A stretch of 64,000 nt of DNA from an uncultured candidatus Porisulfidus sp. (GTDB lineage Bacteria > Pseudomonadota > Gammaproteobacteria > Poriferisulfidales > Oxydemutatoraceae), in NCBI GenBank assembly GCA_965215125.1, contig OZ244052.1:1536001-1600000 (forward strand). Direction: 5' to 3'. This document shows, one piece after another, positions 21,601 to 29,000 of this stretch. Below the pieces are notes generated by a model. The model was not told the DNA's origin, searched no databases, and saw only the letters and a program-made list of their open reading frames with translations. The position numbers and the translations under genes were made by a program. Position 1 is the stretch's first letter. Each line of letters begins with the position of its first letter.

Positions 21601-22540
21601 AGCCTCTGCATTGACAGATATAGAACTTGATCCCGACTTTACCAAAGACCAAATAACTTATACGGCAAGTGTGATATTTAGTGTAAGCAGTGTGGAAGTG
21701 ACACCAACGGCGAATAGTGCTTATGCCACTATCATGGTTAACGGCGAGGAGTTGACTGATAGTACGAGCAATGTGGTATTAAACAATCCAGCCGAAATGG
21801 TAGAAACGGAAGTCGCAGTTAAAGTGATTGCTGAAGATGACATTACATCCCAAACTTATACTATAGCGATTATGCGGGCAGCAACGGAGAGCAGCGATGC
21901 AAGACTCAGAAGCTTATCATTAGACAATATCCCGTTTACCTTTAATCCCTCAACGAATACTTATAGTATAACGGTTAATCATGGGGTGGAAAAGACAACG
22001 GTGACGGCAATGGTATTTCATCCGGGAGCAAGGGTCACAAGGCTTACCTTAGACGGCACCTCGCAAAATGATCCCGCTATTGATTTGAAAGTGGGTTCCA
22101 ATGTAATTGCGATTAGAGTTATTGCCGAAGATACTTCACCGAGCACCTATACCATAACCATCACGCGTCTGGAAAACAACGATACAGGACTCAGAAGCTT
22201 ATCATTAGACAATATCCCGTTTACCTTTAATCCCTCAACGAGGACTTATGAGATAATGGTCGGAGAGGAGATAACCGAGACGACGGTGACGGCAGTGGTA
22301 TCTTTCAATGGAGCAATGATTACAGATCTTACGGTAAACGATAATGCACAGACTTTCACTGTCGGCACGAATATAGAAGAGAGTATCGCATTAAATACGG
22401 ATAATACTGTAATAGAGATCACCGTGACCGCAGCAAATAGTACTACAGACACTTATACCCTAACTATCACGCGTGCACAACCGCCGGTTTCCGACATTCG
22501 TCTCCGTATCAAGGTATTTCTTGAAGGCCCCTTGCAATAG
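9689..22540 (+). CDS. Giant secreted repetitive surface protein/adhesin (Ig-like repeats, three C-terminal cadherin-like beta-sandwich domains, C-terminal KVFLEGP motif)
   Basis: 4283-aa ORF, signal peptide ..GSAFA|Q, repeated DTT(A/G)P.(I/L)TV domain starts, T/S/D/V-rich; cadherin-like F.P....Y...V...V....VT..A...V.AE.....TY.I.I.R domains at ~21560-22475. Confidence 0.85.
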   Translation: MIAKQRNPIRKIFTILLLLLVGSAFAQTSFVQSRFSGMPSDENEIAGECNDCQPSVDGVLEYRIAMEELESDRVNTTATYNVQMRIIGGNTITKGATRLAFASARLTYNTDAFGKKAKENNKCDYDVVGAFAEQGKGYSYTFNDTTDDSFTITAYTPARTTTASNLVQLSETFQDFVKISCNIENSDQDAGVAISGTDITANMIYVYSDANETNTNISARRGIFPLVHNSLRGFRLDEKTWVRDYSRYGDGRGVRLEFSKGIDTQLTEANFTLDATTATTDSVISKVNHNSGSNYAEIEFSQAIGDDILRLVSSSPTVKDADNGELADGNFVAALFYDSVAPRVTAIAQNTDFSGPANRTEWILTFSSAISPSTVNKDSLCVAEMNGICVAEGMTPTIPIIGVRTDGDSPTTLTVVVDQTAGFATGGMRSIEFRRNAIQGATNFKVVEDYQPALRDAVILQQDTTAPEITVARVRSDGTPASASDNLIPVGDNYVMYFQVTANEDVESLDDLDSYQLQDNTGTVVDDAVGSIHSGSGSNRSVILRYTILVSSATSVTYFTVVRSNVATSLQDVASNQPVDVDRNPIANGGIITNAPSARAPRDTTGPIITVGTTTIMPTSSGLKYIVTFEINANESVPTIAEVNSYTVTREGDGNEPSVTDTVDVVANDAMTAATVTYTAAFGSDQYADVRATTGWTLGFVSGALLDVDRNAPTLPDSPLASRDTTAPQITIAGSPTLTLDATTATASFVVVADKAVETLDEGDSYQLYRFEGGPGSPVSGATAAIDPRSDNRRTTLTYVVALSDQEVIDTESFGLYRAEDNTKLLDNSGNLPVQGDGSTLIATDTEIDSTRRAVKETEGAMITVAIVDQVDADNDVEAEPNPNDGSQYTIGFTITNTEHSTKPIGDLATTTSYTILRRVGSNNLNTTITVVSGAGSEDSAGVATLEFVVSIADQATTEMTDGFVLARANNADALLDRSGNPPRLGTTPIGVGAVIDASVIARRDTTAPNLTVSPSTAETDDGKVYTFSFEVTREEAVRGFSITSSYSLLVAEKEENVMSGFQVVSGTNPSVEFSEDRPTTAVVKYSVDVDDLQSNLSIASTYGFMLGRAGGGLRDLANNDPVQSDAAGDRTATEVADGQPLQLGQVVVLDRVSPSITVSADSIAPVPATVGRYTMSFTTTATEAVRNIAQAGSYRLMRVRTDNTWEAASETAMQEQVSVGMNNEVDGLGTSATFTYTITFTGEAPTRLANIRGTRGFTLALVSGENQVNLRDIATNLPVKSNGDAIYDTDGTTLLNDGIIAPISGGVIVASAVAARDTTGPDLTVASIGNAVPGATAVALSGRFTVGSTEAIRDINSTASYSLLRIPLNSDGSPNDGGAVLESSATFTVSSGSNLSQSVTIDFTAVLDDVVQVRGTYGFTLASAIVAGGGLRDIWGNAVVAISAEQNRLTAGNNAVVAIEKVPPQITIAGSPTLTLDADTATATFVVLASEDVETLDEGDSYQLYRFEGGTGSPVSGATATIDPRSDNRRTTLTYVVTLTAQEVMDTESFGLYRAEDNTKLLDNSGNLPVQGDGSTLIATGTEIDSTRRAVKETEGAMITVAIVDQVDADNDVEADPNPNDGNQYTIGFTVTNTDHGTQSISDLATTASYTILRRVGNSNLNTTITVVSGTGSDNGAGVATLEFVVSIADQATTEMTDGFVLARANNADALLDSSGNPPRLGTTPIGVGAVIDASVIARRDTTAPNLTVSPSTAETDDGKVYTFSFEVTREEAVRGFSITSSYSLLVAEKEENVMSGFQVVSGTNPSVEFSEDRPTTAVFEYSVDVDDLQSNLSIASTYGFMLGRAGGGLRDLANNDPVQSDAAGDRTATEVADGQPLQLGQVVVLDRVSPSITVSADSIAPVPATVGRYTMSFTTTATEAVRNIAQAGSYRLMRVRTDNTWEAASLTASQEPVSVGMNNEVDGLGTSATFTYTITFTGEAPTRLANIRGTRGFTLALVSGENQVNLRDIATNLPVKSNGDAIYDTDGTTLLDDGIIAPISGGVIVASAVAARDTTGPDLTVASIGNAVPGATAVALSGRFTVGSTEAIRDINSTASYSLLRIPLNSDGSPNDGGAVLESSATFTVSSGSNLSQSVTIDFTAVLDDVVQVRGTYGFTLASAIVAGGGLRDIWGNAVVAISAEQNRLTAGNNAVVAIEKVPPQITIAGSPTLTLDADTATATFVVLASEDVETLDEGDSYQLYRFEGGTGSPVSGATATIDPRSDNRRTTLTYVVTLTAQQVIDTESFGLYRAEDNTKLLDNSGNLPVQGDGSTLIATGTEIDSTRRAVKETEGAMITVAIVDQVDADNDVEADPNPNDGNQYTIGFTVTNTDHGTQPIDDLATTASYTILRRVGNSNLNTTITVVSGTGSDNGAGVATLEFVVSIADQATTEMTDGFVLARANNADALLDSSGNPPRLGTTPIGVGAVIDASVIARRDTTAPNLTVSPSTAETDDGKVYTFSFEVTREEAVRGFSITSSYSLLVAEKEENVMSGFQVAGGINPSVEFSEDRPTTAVFEYSVDVDDLQSNLSIVSTYGFMLGRAGGGLRDLANNDPVQSDAAGDRTTTEVADGQPLQLGQVVLLDRVSPSITVSADSIAPVPATVGRYTMSFTTTATEAVRNIAQAGSYRLMRVRTDNTWEAASLTASQEPVSVGMNNEVDGLGTSATFTYTITFTGEAPTRLANIRGTRGFTLALVSGENQVNLRDIATNLPVKSNGDAIYDTDGTTLLDDGIIAPISGGVIVASAVAARDTTGPDLTVASIGNAVPGATAVALSGRFTVGSTEAIRDINSTASYSLLRIPLNSDGSPNDGGAVLESSATFTVSSGSNLSQSVTIDFTAVLDDVVQVRGTYGFTLASAIVAGGGLRDIWGNAVVAISAEQNRLTAGNNAVVAIEKVPPQITIAGSPTLTLDATTATATFVVLASEDVETLDEGDSYQLYRFEGGSGSPVSGATATIDPRSDNRRTTLTYVVTLTAQQVIDTESFGLYRAEDNTKLLDNSGNLPVQGDGSTLIATGTEIDSTRRAVKETEGAMITVAIVDQVDADNDVEAEPNPNDGNQYTIGFTVTNTDHGTQPIDDLATTASYTILRRVGNSNLNTTITVVSGTGSEDSAGVATLEFVVSIADQATTEMTDGFVLARANNADALLDSSGNPPRLGTTPIGVGAVIDASVIARRDTTAPNLTVSPSTAETDDGKVYTFSFEVTREEAVRGFSITSSYSLLVAEKEENVMSGFQVAGGINPSVEFSEDRPTTAVFEYSVDVDDLQSNLSIVSTYGFMLGRAGGGLRDLANNDPVQSDAAGDRTTTEVADGQPLQLGQVVLLDRVSPSITVSADSIAPVPATVGRYTMSFTTTATEAVRNIAQAGSYRLMRVKTDNTWEAASETAMQEQVSVGMNNEVDGLGTSATFTYTITFTGEATTRLANIRDTRGFTLALVSGENQVNLRDIATNLPVKSNGDNIYDADGTTLLDDGIIAPISGGVIVASAVAARDTTGPDLTVASIGNAVPGATAVALSGRFTVGSTEAIRDINSTASYSLLRIPLNSDGSPNDGGAVLESSATFTVSSGTNLSQSVTIDFTAVLDDVVQVRGTYGFTLASAIVAGGGLRDIWGNAVVAISAEQNRLTAGNNAVVAIEKVPPQINVVADGVAVPVAETNGTEYTVRFNVDVQNAEEVKGLGDTSSYNVIRIGDSGNTTATAVSGNSNADNTTATLVYEVAVASPVGITGFTLAGGSDVEALRDNSGNLAVQGSSTTTKIATGVRIDDDGTALAQRDTMPPAITVVAGADDAVLQAQAEAGNTYRMMFTVTVADDDNVPSLNTTSSYQLVRIFKDGRVPELVRGATVEAADNVFTYTAMLTTDIEDTEGFTLARSSDETSLLDASGNMPVKNDGTTMIAIGDVIAPIDDDGQVVRSAIARTPRSDDDTLIGLVLRNLIASALTDIELDPDFTKDQITYTASVIFSVSSVEVTPTANSAYATIMVNGEELTDSTSNVVLNNPAEMVETEVAVKVIAEDDITSQTYTIAIMRAATESSDARLRSLSLDNIPFTFNPSTNTYSITVNHGVEKTTVTAMVFHPGARVTRLTLDGTSQNDPAIDLKVGSNVIAIRVIAEDTSPSTYTITITRLENNDTGLRSLSLDNIPFTFNPSTRTYEIMVGEEITETTVTAVVSFNGAMITDLTVNDNAQTFTVGTNIEESIALNTDNTVIEITVTAANSTTDTYTLTITRAQPPVSDIRLRIKVFLEGPLQ
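11873..20716 (+). repeat. Four near-identical intragenic tandem repeats of 2211 bp (737 aa, about five Ig-like domains each)
   Basis: CAAATCACGATAGCAGGTTCTCC at 11873, 14084, 16295 and 18506; similarity ends near 20717-20721; antisense ORFs recur with a 2211-bp period. Confidence 0.97.
21903..22241 (+). repeat. Exact 54-bp direct repeat between cadherin-like domains 2 and 3
   Basis: GACTCAGAAGCTTATCATTAGACAATATCCCGTTTACCTTTAATCCCTCAACGA at 21903-21956 and 22188-22241. Confidence 0.9.
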
Positions 22541-22750
22541 TTAGGAGCTATACGCGCTTCCTAAAGCATAAGCATTGATGCAAACCCAATCACCGGTTAA
22601 GTCTAAGATTATATACGAGCAATCTATAACGAAGGTTCATGATTTCCTTAACGAACCTTGTCTGCTTGACGATGATTTATATCAAACTATGACATGTTGG
22701 ATTTCTCCCTCAAATGGAACCTAACATTGTGCCTAGCTATTAGAGTTTTA

Positions 22751-22759
22751 TGCTATAAT
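22751..22759 (+). promoter_or_regulatory. Putative extended -10 promoter for rpsO-pnp
   Basis: TG-C-TATAAT about 30 bp upstream of the rpsO start. Confidence 0.45.
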
Positions 22760-22790
22760 GCTTCTTTACTAAATAAGGATACATAAAATA

Positions 22791-23060
22791 ATGCCTTTGA
22801 ATAAAGAAGAGAAAAGCAAAGTAGTCAAGGAATACGCTCGCTCCGAAAAAGACACGGGTTCGGTTGAAGTTCAGGTTGCCCTATTGACAGAGCGCATCAA
22901 TGGTCTTCAAAATCACTTCGCAGAGCATAAGAAAGATACACACTCTAGAAGAGGTTTGCTTAGGATGGTGAACTCGCGTCGCCAGCTCCTTGATTACTTA
23001 AAATCCAAAGATAAAGATCGCTACCAAGTTCTAATATCTTCTCTAGGACTACGCCGCTAA
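22791..23060 (+). CDS. rpsO: 30S ribosomal protein S15
   Basis: [38 protein letters not shown]. Confidence 0.98.
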   Translation: MPLNKEEKSKVVKEYARSEKDTGSVEVQVALLTERINGLQNHFAEHKKDTHSRRGLLRMVNSRRQLLDYLKSKDKDRYQVLISSLGLRR

Positions 23061-23085
23061 AGCGCGCTTGATAGAAAGAGGAAAT

Positions 23086-25173
23086 ATGTCCATAGTTAGG
23101 AAAACCTTCCAATATGGTGGCTATACGGTTTCATTGGAAACCGGTAGGATCGCCCGTCAAGCCGATAGTGCGGTGTTGGTGAATATGGAAGATACGGTCG
23201 TTCTGGCGAGTGTCACCAGCAAACGCGAACCTTCCGTTTATAGAGATTTCTTACCACTTTCCGTTTATTATCAGGAACGTGCCTATGCTGCGGGTAAAAT
23301 ACCTGGTGGTTTTTTCAAACGCGAAGGACGCCCGTCGGAGAAAGAAACTTTAATATCTAGATTAATAGATAGACCCATACGCCCTCTATTTTCGGAAGGA
23401 TTTTCGGATGAAGTACAAATTGTTGCGACGGTTTTATCGTTAAACCCTCAAGTTGATGCCGATATACCTGCTTTATTGGCGGCGTCTGCCGCAATTTCTA
23501 TTTCGGGTATACCGTTTAACGGACCTATCGGAGCAGCTCGTATAGGTTTTCAAGATGGAAATTATTTGCTTAACCCTACCCTAGATCAATTAGACGCTTC
23601 GGATTTAGATTTAGTTGTGGCAGGCACCGATAAGGCGGTGCTTATGGTAGAGTCGCAAGCCAAAGAATTGAGCGAAGAGCAGATGTTGGGAGCGGTGACC
23701 TTCGGGCACGAACAAATGCAATCGGCAATTGATGTTATTAAAGAAATGGTCGATGAAGTCGCTAACCCGAAATGGGACTGGCAACCTTTGGCAAATCTTG
23801 ATGAGATCAGTGAGGAATTGGAGAGACATTTGGGTTCCGAGTTGCGGGAGATTTATACCATCTCGGATAAAATTGAGCGTCACACAGCGGTTACGGCATT
23901 ACGCGATAAAGCATTAACCTTATTAACGACGGAAAATAGTGGAGACGAAGACACGGAAAGCCGAGAAATGCAGATATTGGGTGCGTTTTCGGCACTAGAG
24001 AAAAAGATTGTCCGAAATAAAATTATCAACGGAGAGCCGCGCATAGATGGTCGCAATACCCGTACGGTTAGACCCATCGCTATTGAAGTCGGGCAATTGC
24101 CGAGAGTACATGGAGATGCTTTATTCACCAGAGGTGAAACCCAAGCCATAGTTACCACAACATTGGGCACCGATAGAGATGCCCAAATTATTGACGGCAT
24201 AGAAAAAGAGTATAAAGAGCGTTTTATGTTGCACTATAATTTCCCCTCGTATTGTGTAGGTGAAGTCGGGTTTATGGGTTCTCCTAAGCGCCGTGAAATA
24301 GGGCACGGCCGTTTGGCAAAACGAGGTTTGTTGGCGGTGATGCCGGACGAAAGCGAATTTCCTTATGTGATACGCGTGGTTTCTGAAATCACCGAGTCAA
24401 ATGGTTCTAGTTCTATGGCATCGGTTTGTGGCACCAGTCTGGCGTTGATGGATGCCGGTGTGCCGCTCAAATCGCATGTGAGCGGTATTGCGATGGGATT
24501 GATCTTACAGGGCGATCGTTATGCAGTGTTGAGCGACATTATGGGAGACGAGGATCATTTCGGTGATATGGATTTCAAAGTGGCAGGTACCGAGAAAGGT
24601 GTTACGGCGCTTCAGATGGATATAAAAATAGAAGGTGTTACTCCCGAGATTATGCACGCTGCTTTAGAGCAGGCAAAAGAAGGGCGGTTGCATATTCTTG
24701 CCAAGATGACCGAAGCACTTGATAGTCCGAACCAATTTTCGGAATATGCCCCCAAACTGCTAACTTTGCAGGTGAATCAGAACAAAATTCGCGACATTAT
24801 AGGCAAAGGTGGGGCAACAATTCGTGCATTAACCGAAGAGACCGGTACCGTTATCAATGTAGAAGACGACGGAACTGTCGTTATCGCCTCGCCGGATGGT
24901 GAATCGGCCAATGAAGCTAAACGGCGCATTGAGGAATTGACCGCAGATGTGGAAATAGGACGAGTCTATAACGGCAAAGTAGTGCGTATTATGGACTTCG
25001 GTGCTTTTGTAACCATTCTACCGGGTAGAGACGGTTTATTACATGTTTCTCAAATTTGCGAGGAGCGTGTAAAGGATGTTAGAGATAAGCTAAACGAGGG
25101 CGACGAAGTTAGTGTGAAAGTATTGGATATAGATAAACAAGGGCGAATCCGATTGAGTATGAAAGCAGTCTAA
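23086..25173 (+). CDS. pnp: Polyribonucleotide nucleotidyltransferase
   Basis: [39 protein letters not shown] and S1 domains; RBS GAGGA before ATG 23086. Confidence 0.98.
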   Translation: MSIVRKTFQYGGYTVSLETGRIARQADSAVLVNMEDTVVLASVTSKREPSVYRDFLPLSVYYQERAYAAGKIPGGFFKREGRPSEKETLISRLIDRPIRPLFSEGFSDEVQIVATVLSLNPQVDADIPALLAASAAISISGIPFNGPIGAARIGFQDGNYLLNPTLDQLDASDLDLVVAGTDKAVLMVESQAKELSEEQMLGAVTFGHEQMQSAIDVIKEMVDEVANPKWDWQPLANLDEISEELERHLGSELREIYTISDKIERHTAVTALRDKALTLLTTENSGDEDTESREMQILGAFSALEKKIVRNKIINGEPRIDGRNTRTVRPIAIEVGQLPRVHGDALFTRGETQAIVTTTLGTDRDAQIIDGIEKEYKERFMLHYNFPSYCVGEVGFMGSPKRREIGHGRLAKRGLLAVMPDESEFPYVIRVVSEITESNGSSSMASVCGTSLALMDAGVPLKSHVSGIAMGLILQGDRYAVLSDIMGDEDHFGDMDFKVAGTEKGVTALQMDIKIEGVTPEIMHAALEQAKEGRLHILAKMTEALDSPNQFSEYAPKLLTLQVNQNKIRDIIGKGGATIRALTEETGTVINVEDDGTVVIASPDGESANEAKRRIEELTADVEIGRVYNGKVVRIMDFGAFVTILPGRDGLLHVSQICEERVKDVRDKLNEGDEVSVKVLDIDKQGRIRLSMKAV

Positions 25174-25231
25174 GTCATAGCTTTTCATACTGTAGAAAAA
25201 ACTATCAAATCTCCGATTCACACTCAATGCT

Positions 25232-25627
25232 ATGAATAAGCTAATTCAAAGCGATCAAGAATGGCGCAAACAACTTAGCGACGAGCAGTATCGCGTATGT
25301 CGGCAAAAAGGTACGGAACCTCCGTTTAGCGGACAATATTACGCTAACCAAATCAAAGGTATTTATCATTGCGTCTGTTGCGATACACCGATATTTTCAT
25401 CGCAAACCAAGTTTGATTCGGGCAGTGGTTGGCCTAGCTTCTACGCCCCTATAGATGAACAGGTAATAGAGAGTCGGGAGGACTACTCGCTGGGCATGAA
25501 ACGAACCGAGATTTTGTGTGCAATCTGCGATGCTCACTTAGGTCATGTGTTTGAAGATGGCCCACAACCCACAGCGTTGCGTTATTGTATCAATTCCGTA
25601 GCACTTCGTTTCCGGCCCGAAGAATAA
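25232..25627 (+). CDS. msrB: Peptide-methionine (R)-S-oxide reductase
   Basis: [34 protein letters not shown]. Confidence 0.96.
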   Translation: MNKLIQSDQEWRKQLSDEQYRVCRQKGTEPPFSGQYYANQIKGIYHCVCCDTPIFSSQTKFDSGSGWPSFYAPIDEQVIESREDYSLGMKRTEILCAICDAHLGHVFEDGPQPTALRYCINSVALRFRPEE

Positions 25628-25738
25628 ACGAACTACCGGAATACTCGGTAAATCTCGTATCCGACACTGTAGGTCTTAGTATTAAAACTTTCTAGCTCTA
25701 ATCCGTATGTTTATGATACAATGTAGGGTTATACGAGT

Positions 25739-25758
25739 AATACCCCCCCGAGGGTATT
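25739..25758. promoter_or_regulatory. Putative CsoR/RcnR/CstR-family operator
   Basis: AATACCC-CCCCGA-GGGTATT: ATAC...GTAT inverted repeat around a C/G tract, 30 bp upstream of the small Fe-S gene. Confidence 0.5.
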
Positions 25759-25788
25759 TGATTTCCAAGAATTTATGAGGAGATAATT

Positions 25789-25968
25789 ATGCAAGTTAAA
25801 TGGAATGAGAATACCTGTATACATGCAGGAAATTGCGTTAAGGGTTTACCGTCTGTTTTTAAGATAGTAGATGGTAAATTTGTTATTGATGAATCTGGCG
25901 CAAGTGAGGAGGCGATACGAGAGCAAGTGTCGGAGTGTCCTTCGGGTGCTTTGACCATTGAAGAATAA
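25789..25968 (+). CDS. Small divergent 4Fe-4S mono-cluster protein (YjdI/Fer4_19-like), 59 aa, absent from the ORF track
   Basis: MQVKWNENTCIHAGNCVKGLPSVF...VSECPSGALTIEE with CIHAGNC and CPSGAL motifs; RBS GAGGAG. Confidence 0.85.
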   Translation: MQVKWNENTCIHAGNCVKGLPSVFKIVDGKFVIDESGASEEAIREQVSECPSGALTIEE

Positions 25969-25995
25969 ACTTTAACTCAACAGGAGGTATATAAG

Positions 25996-26658
25996 ATGAT
26001 TGGAGATCAATTAAGAAACCGTATGGTTTTATATGGTCATCCAAAGTGTATAAACACTGCTAAATGTTTACAGATGGCAGCCGAAAAAGGAGTTGATATA
26101 GAAGCTAAAGTGATAGATATGGACGGTGAAGGATTGGACAGTTCGGAGATTCGAGCATTGTCTCCTTTAGGTGTCGCCCCTATACTACAAGATATAGACT
26201 TTGTTATATACGGCGTATCGTGTGCACTTTCTTATTTAGACGATAAGGGTTTCGGTCCTTCACTGGTTCCTAGAAACGGTGTTATCAGAGCACTTATGTA
26301 TCAATGGATTGGCGTTGCGTCGGATATAGTTCAGCCTAAAATTGCAGCGGACGACGCATCGGGCATAGGCGATTCTTTAAGTCAATTGAACGCACAAATC
26401 ACAAATCCACCTAAAAAAGGTGATTATATATGCGGAGATTTCTCTATGGCCGACGTACACTGGTCTGCCTGTATTAACGCACTAATGATCAAAGGACACG
26501 GCGATTTAGTTGGGCAGCACGGGAAAGTGCAGGAGTGGTTTAACAAAGTAAAACAACATCCGAGCACGAGTAAGGAGAATATTATTCCCTATACCGCCGT
26601 GCCGACATCGGAGGATATGCAGAACGGCACGCTTAGGGATATTTCTATTAATGTCTGA
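25996..26658 (+). CDS. Glutathione S-transferase family protein
   Basis: SPLG.AP.L.D, YLDD, YICGDFSMADVHW; RBS AGGAGG. Confidence 0.8.
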   Translation: MIGDQLRNRMVLYGHPKCINTAKCLQMAAEKGVDIEAKVIDMDGEGLDSSEIRALSPLGVAPILQDIDFVIYGVSCALSYLDDKGFGPSLVPRNGVIRALMYQWIGVASDIVQPKIAADDASGIGDSLSQLNAQITNPPKKGDYICGDFSMADVHWSACINALMIKGHGDLVGQHGKVQEWFNKVKQHPSTSKENIIPYTAVPTSEDMQNGTLRDISINV

Positions 26659-26722
26659 AATATCCGAGTAAGATTAAGCCTGCTGCTCACAAAGCACTTT
26701 GTGATGTGCTGTAAATATTATT

Positions 26723-27808
26723 ATGTTTATATTTGATTTATTTAAGCCAAGCAAAGAGCATAAAGCAACGATTAATCGGTCGGCTACGGTTACCGTACAA
26801 CCTAAAGAAAACTTGCTGGCAGCCGGTTTGGCGGCGGGATTAGCTTGGCCGCACGATTGTCGTGTCGGGAGTTGTGGCACCTGCCGTTGTTACCTAAAAA
26901 AGGGAAAAATCAAACCGCTTAACGATTTCTCTTATGTATTGACTCAGGATCAGCTCAATGCCGGGATGATTCTCGCTTGTCAGACATCCCTAAAATCGGA
27001 TGTTGAGATAGAAGTAGAACTTGATTCAGAGAGTAGCACTACAGAAATTGTTAATTGTGAAGGCACCTTGACGCAAGTACGCAATCTAACACACGACATT
27101 ATTGCAATGTTAATTAGCTGTGATAAAGATATGCCCGCCGATATGAAAGCCGGGCAGTACGCAGAAATATCGCATGAAAATTTAGAAAAACCTAGATCGT
27201 ACTCTTTTGCAAGCTCTCCACAGCAAGGCAATCCTCGAGAACTGCTATTTTTTGTTCGTCATGTACCGGGGGGGGAATTTACGGACTGGTTGTTTGAACG
27301 AGACCAAACGGGCACCCGTTTTAATATCGGTGTACCGTACGGCAATTTTTGGTTGCGTAACAGCGAAAAGCCTATGATTTGTATCGCCGGTGGTAGTGGC
27401 ATGAGTGCGCTCAAAGCAATTTTGGAACATGCTGCACATAACAAGATAAAGCGCGACGCATACTTCTTTTTCGGCGCACGAGCACAACGCGATTTATATT
27501 GCAGATCGGAGATGGAGGCGATTCGTGAAAACTGGACAGACGGCAAAACCTTCAAATTCATAGAAGTACTATCGGACGAGCCGGAAGATAGTGACTGGGA
27601 GGGACCGCGTGGTTTTGTCACCCAACACCTAAAAGAAGAATATATAGATAAAGGGGTGATGAACGCAAGTCAGTGTCAAGCGTATCTGTGTGGTCCTCCA
27701 CCGATGATAGATGCCGCTATTGCGGTACTTGCTGAAAATAATATGTCCGAGGATCAAATTTTCTACGACAAATTCTTAGATGCTTCAAGTATTCCCGGTG
27801 GTCGTTGA
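26723..27808 (+). CDS. 2Fe-2S/FAD/NAD(P)H reductase of the monooxygenase electron-transfer type (XylA/DmpP-like)
   Basis: CRVGSCGTC...LACQ ferredoxin domain, RSYS, GGEF, IAGGSGM, FFGAR, YLCGPPPMIDA. Confidence 0.88.
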   Translation: MFIFDLFKPSKEHKATINRSATVTVQPKENLLAAGLAAGLAWPHDCRVGSCGTCRCYLKKGKIKPLNDFSYVLTQDQLNAGMILACQTSLKSDVEIEVELDSESSTTEIVNCEGTLTQVRNLTHDIIAMLISCDKDMPADMKAGQYAEISHENLEKPRSYSFASSPQQGNPRELLFFVRHVPGGEFTDWLFERDQTGTRFNIGVPYGNFWLRNSEKPMICIAGGSGMSALKAILEHAAHNKIKRDAYFFFGARAQRDLYCRSEMEAIRENWTDGKTFKFIEVLSDEPEDSDWEGPRGFVTQHLKEEYIDKGVMNASQCQAYLCGPPPMIDAAIAVLAENNMSEDQIFYDKFLDASSIPGGR

Positions 27809-27966
27809 TTATCCCACCATACAGAATTATCAACGGTGTAATTTTCATATGATTAACACGTCGCCCCAACCGAATTAGCAAATCATACAAGGATTATAAA
27901 CTCCTTGCATGTTATGAAGACATTGATATAATGCTACTCTTAATAGAGATAACTATGGGGTGAAAT

Positions 27967-28182
27967 ATGAAATTATTGATTACTATAGCATTGATGGTCG
28001 TGTGGTCCTTATTTATTGCCTATGCCATAAATATGGCTCCATTTTCCGACCATTTACATGACCCTCTGTGGAGTTTAGGTGCCGCCGTTGTTTTATTGAT
28101 CGGCTTGGTCGGTAACGTATGGATATTTTTCTTGATAATGAAAGATCGTCCGTGGTTATGGCACACCGACTCTAAACAATAG
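27967..28182 (+). CDS. Small two-TM hypothetical membrane protein
   Basis: 71-aa ORF with two hydrophobic stretches and an RBS-like GGGGTG. Confidence 0.55.
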   Translation: MKLLITIALMVVWSLFIAYAINMAPFSDHLHDPLWSLGAAVVLLIGLVGNVWIFFLIMKDRPWLWHTDSKQ

Positions 28183-28290
28183 AGGTAACTTAGATAAAAC
28201 ATTTCGGTTCTAGTGTCGCAAAGCCACTAGATAAAATTTTGTCCGTCTGTATAAAAGTCGGCAGTTTATCAATGTAAAAAAGAAATAACT

Positions 28291-28962
28291 ATGCAACAAG
28301 AATTTGAGATTAAAGCACAATCGCGCGATCAGTCCAATAGTAGTGCGAACCGCCGTATGCGGAAAGCAGGGCAGGTGCCTGCGGTCGTCTACGGTGGCAA
28401 TCGCCCGCCTGTATTACTTTCTATTAATCACAACGAACTAATACGGCATTTAGAAAACGAGGCTTTTTATTCGCACATTTTGACCTTAAAAGCCGTCGGT
28501 AGAAATGAAAAGGTTATTTTGCGTGATATACAACGCCATCCCAGCAAAGCACAAGTGTTACATATAGATTTCTTTAGAATTAGCGAAGATCAACAGATTA
28601 AGGTACATGTGCCGTTGCATTTTATCAACGAAGATATATGCGTGGGCGTCAAGCAGCAAGGAGGGATTATCAGCCATACGCAGACCGATGTGGAAGTATC
28701 GTGCTTGCCTAAAGATCTACCTGAATATCTAGACGTTGATGTTGCCGATTTGGGTTTAGGAAATTCTTTGCACTTGTCCGACCTTAAATTACCGGAAGAT
28801 ATTAGCTTGGTAGCATTGTCGCAAGGTGAAGCGAACGATTACGTACTCGTGTCGGTGATTATGCCGCGAGTGGCAGAGGTAGAAGCAGCAGCCGTAGTAG
28901 AAGAAGGTGAAGAACAACAACAAGCGGAAGATCAGAAAGAAGCGCAGGACGACAAAGAGTAA
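28291..28962 (+). CDS. rplY: 50S ribosomal protein L25/Ctc
   Basis: RR.RKAG.VPAVVYGG, QRHP.K....HIDF, GVK.QGG. Confidence 0.96.
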   Translation: MQQEFEIKAQSRDQSNSSANRRMRKAGQVPAVVYGGNRPPVLLSINHNELIRHLENEAFYSHILTLKAVGRNEKVILRDIQRHPSKAQVLHIDFFRISEDQQIKVHVPLHFINEDICVGVKQQGGIISHTQTDVEVSCLPKDLPEYLDVDVADLGLGNSLHLSDLKLPEDISLVALSQGEANDYVLVSVIMPRVAEVEAAAVVEEGEEQQQAEDQKEAQDDKE

Positions 28963-29000
28963 TCGGATTTAGCTATTAGATCATCATCGTTTAGAAGTTT

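Noticed and set aside
10664-22452. Many antisense ORFs recurring every 2211 bp inside the giant gene
   Set aside because: Shadows of the repeated sense-strand coding sequence; no independent motifs or start signals
9689-22540. Giant protein as a T1SS/RTX adhesin, autotransporter or T9SS substrate
   Set aside because: It has a Sec signal peptide, no GGxGxD nonapeptides, no C-terminal beta-barrel ending in an aromatic residue and no T9SS-type C-terminal domain
22541-22790. Possible degraded continuation of the FLEGP domain after the stop codon
   Set aside because: I see no DWV..ELR or HRNHL-like remnant downstream of either giant; the region is short and leads into the rpsO promoter
25773-25958. 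61-aa minus-strand ORF from the track
   Set aside because: Antisense to a better-supported 59-aa Fe-S protein on the plus strand with an RBS and Cys motifs
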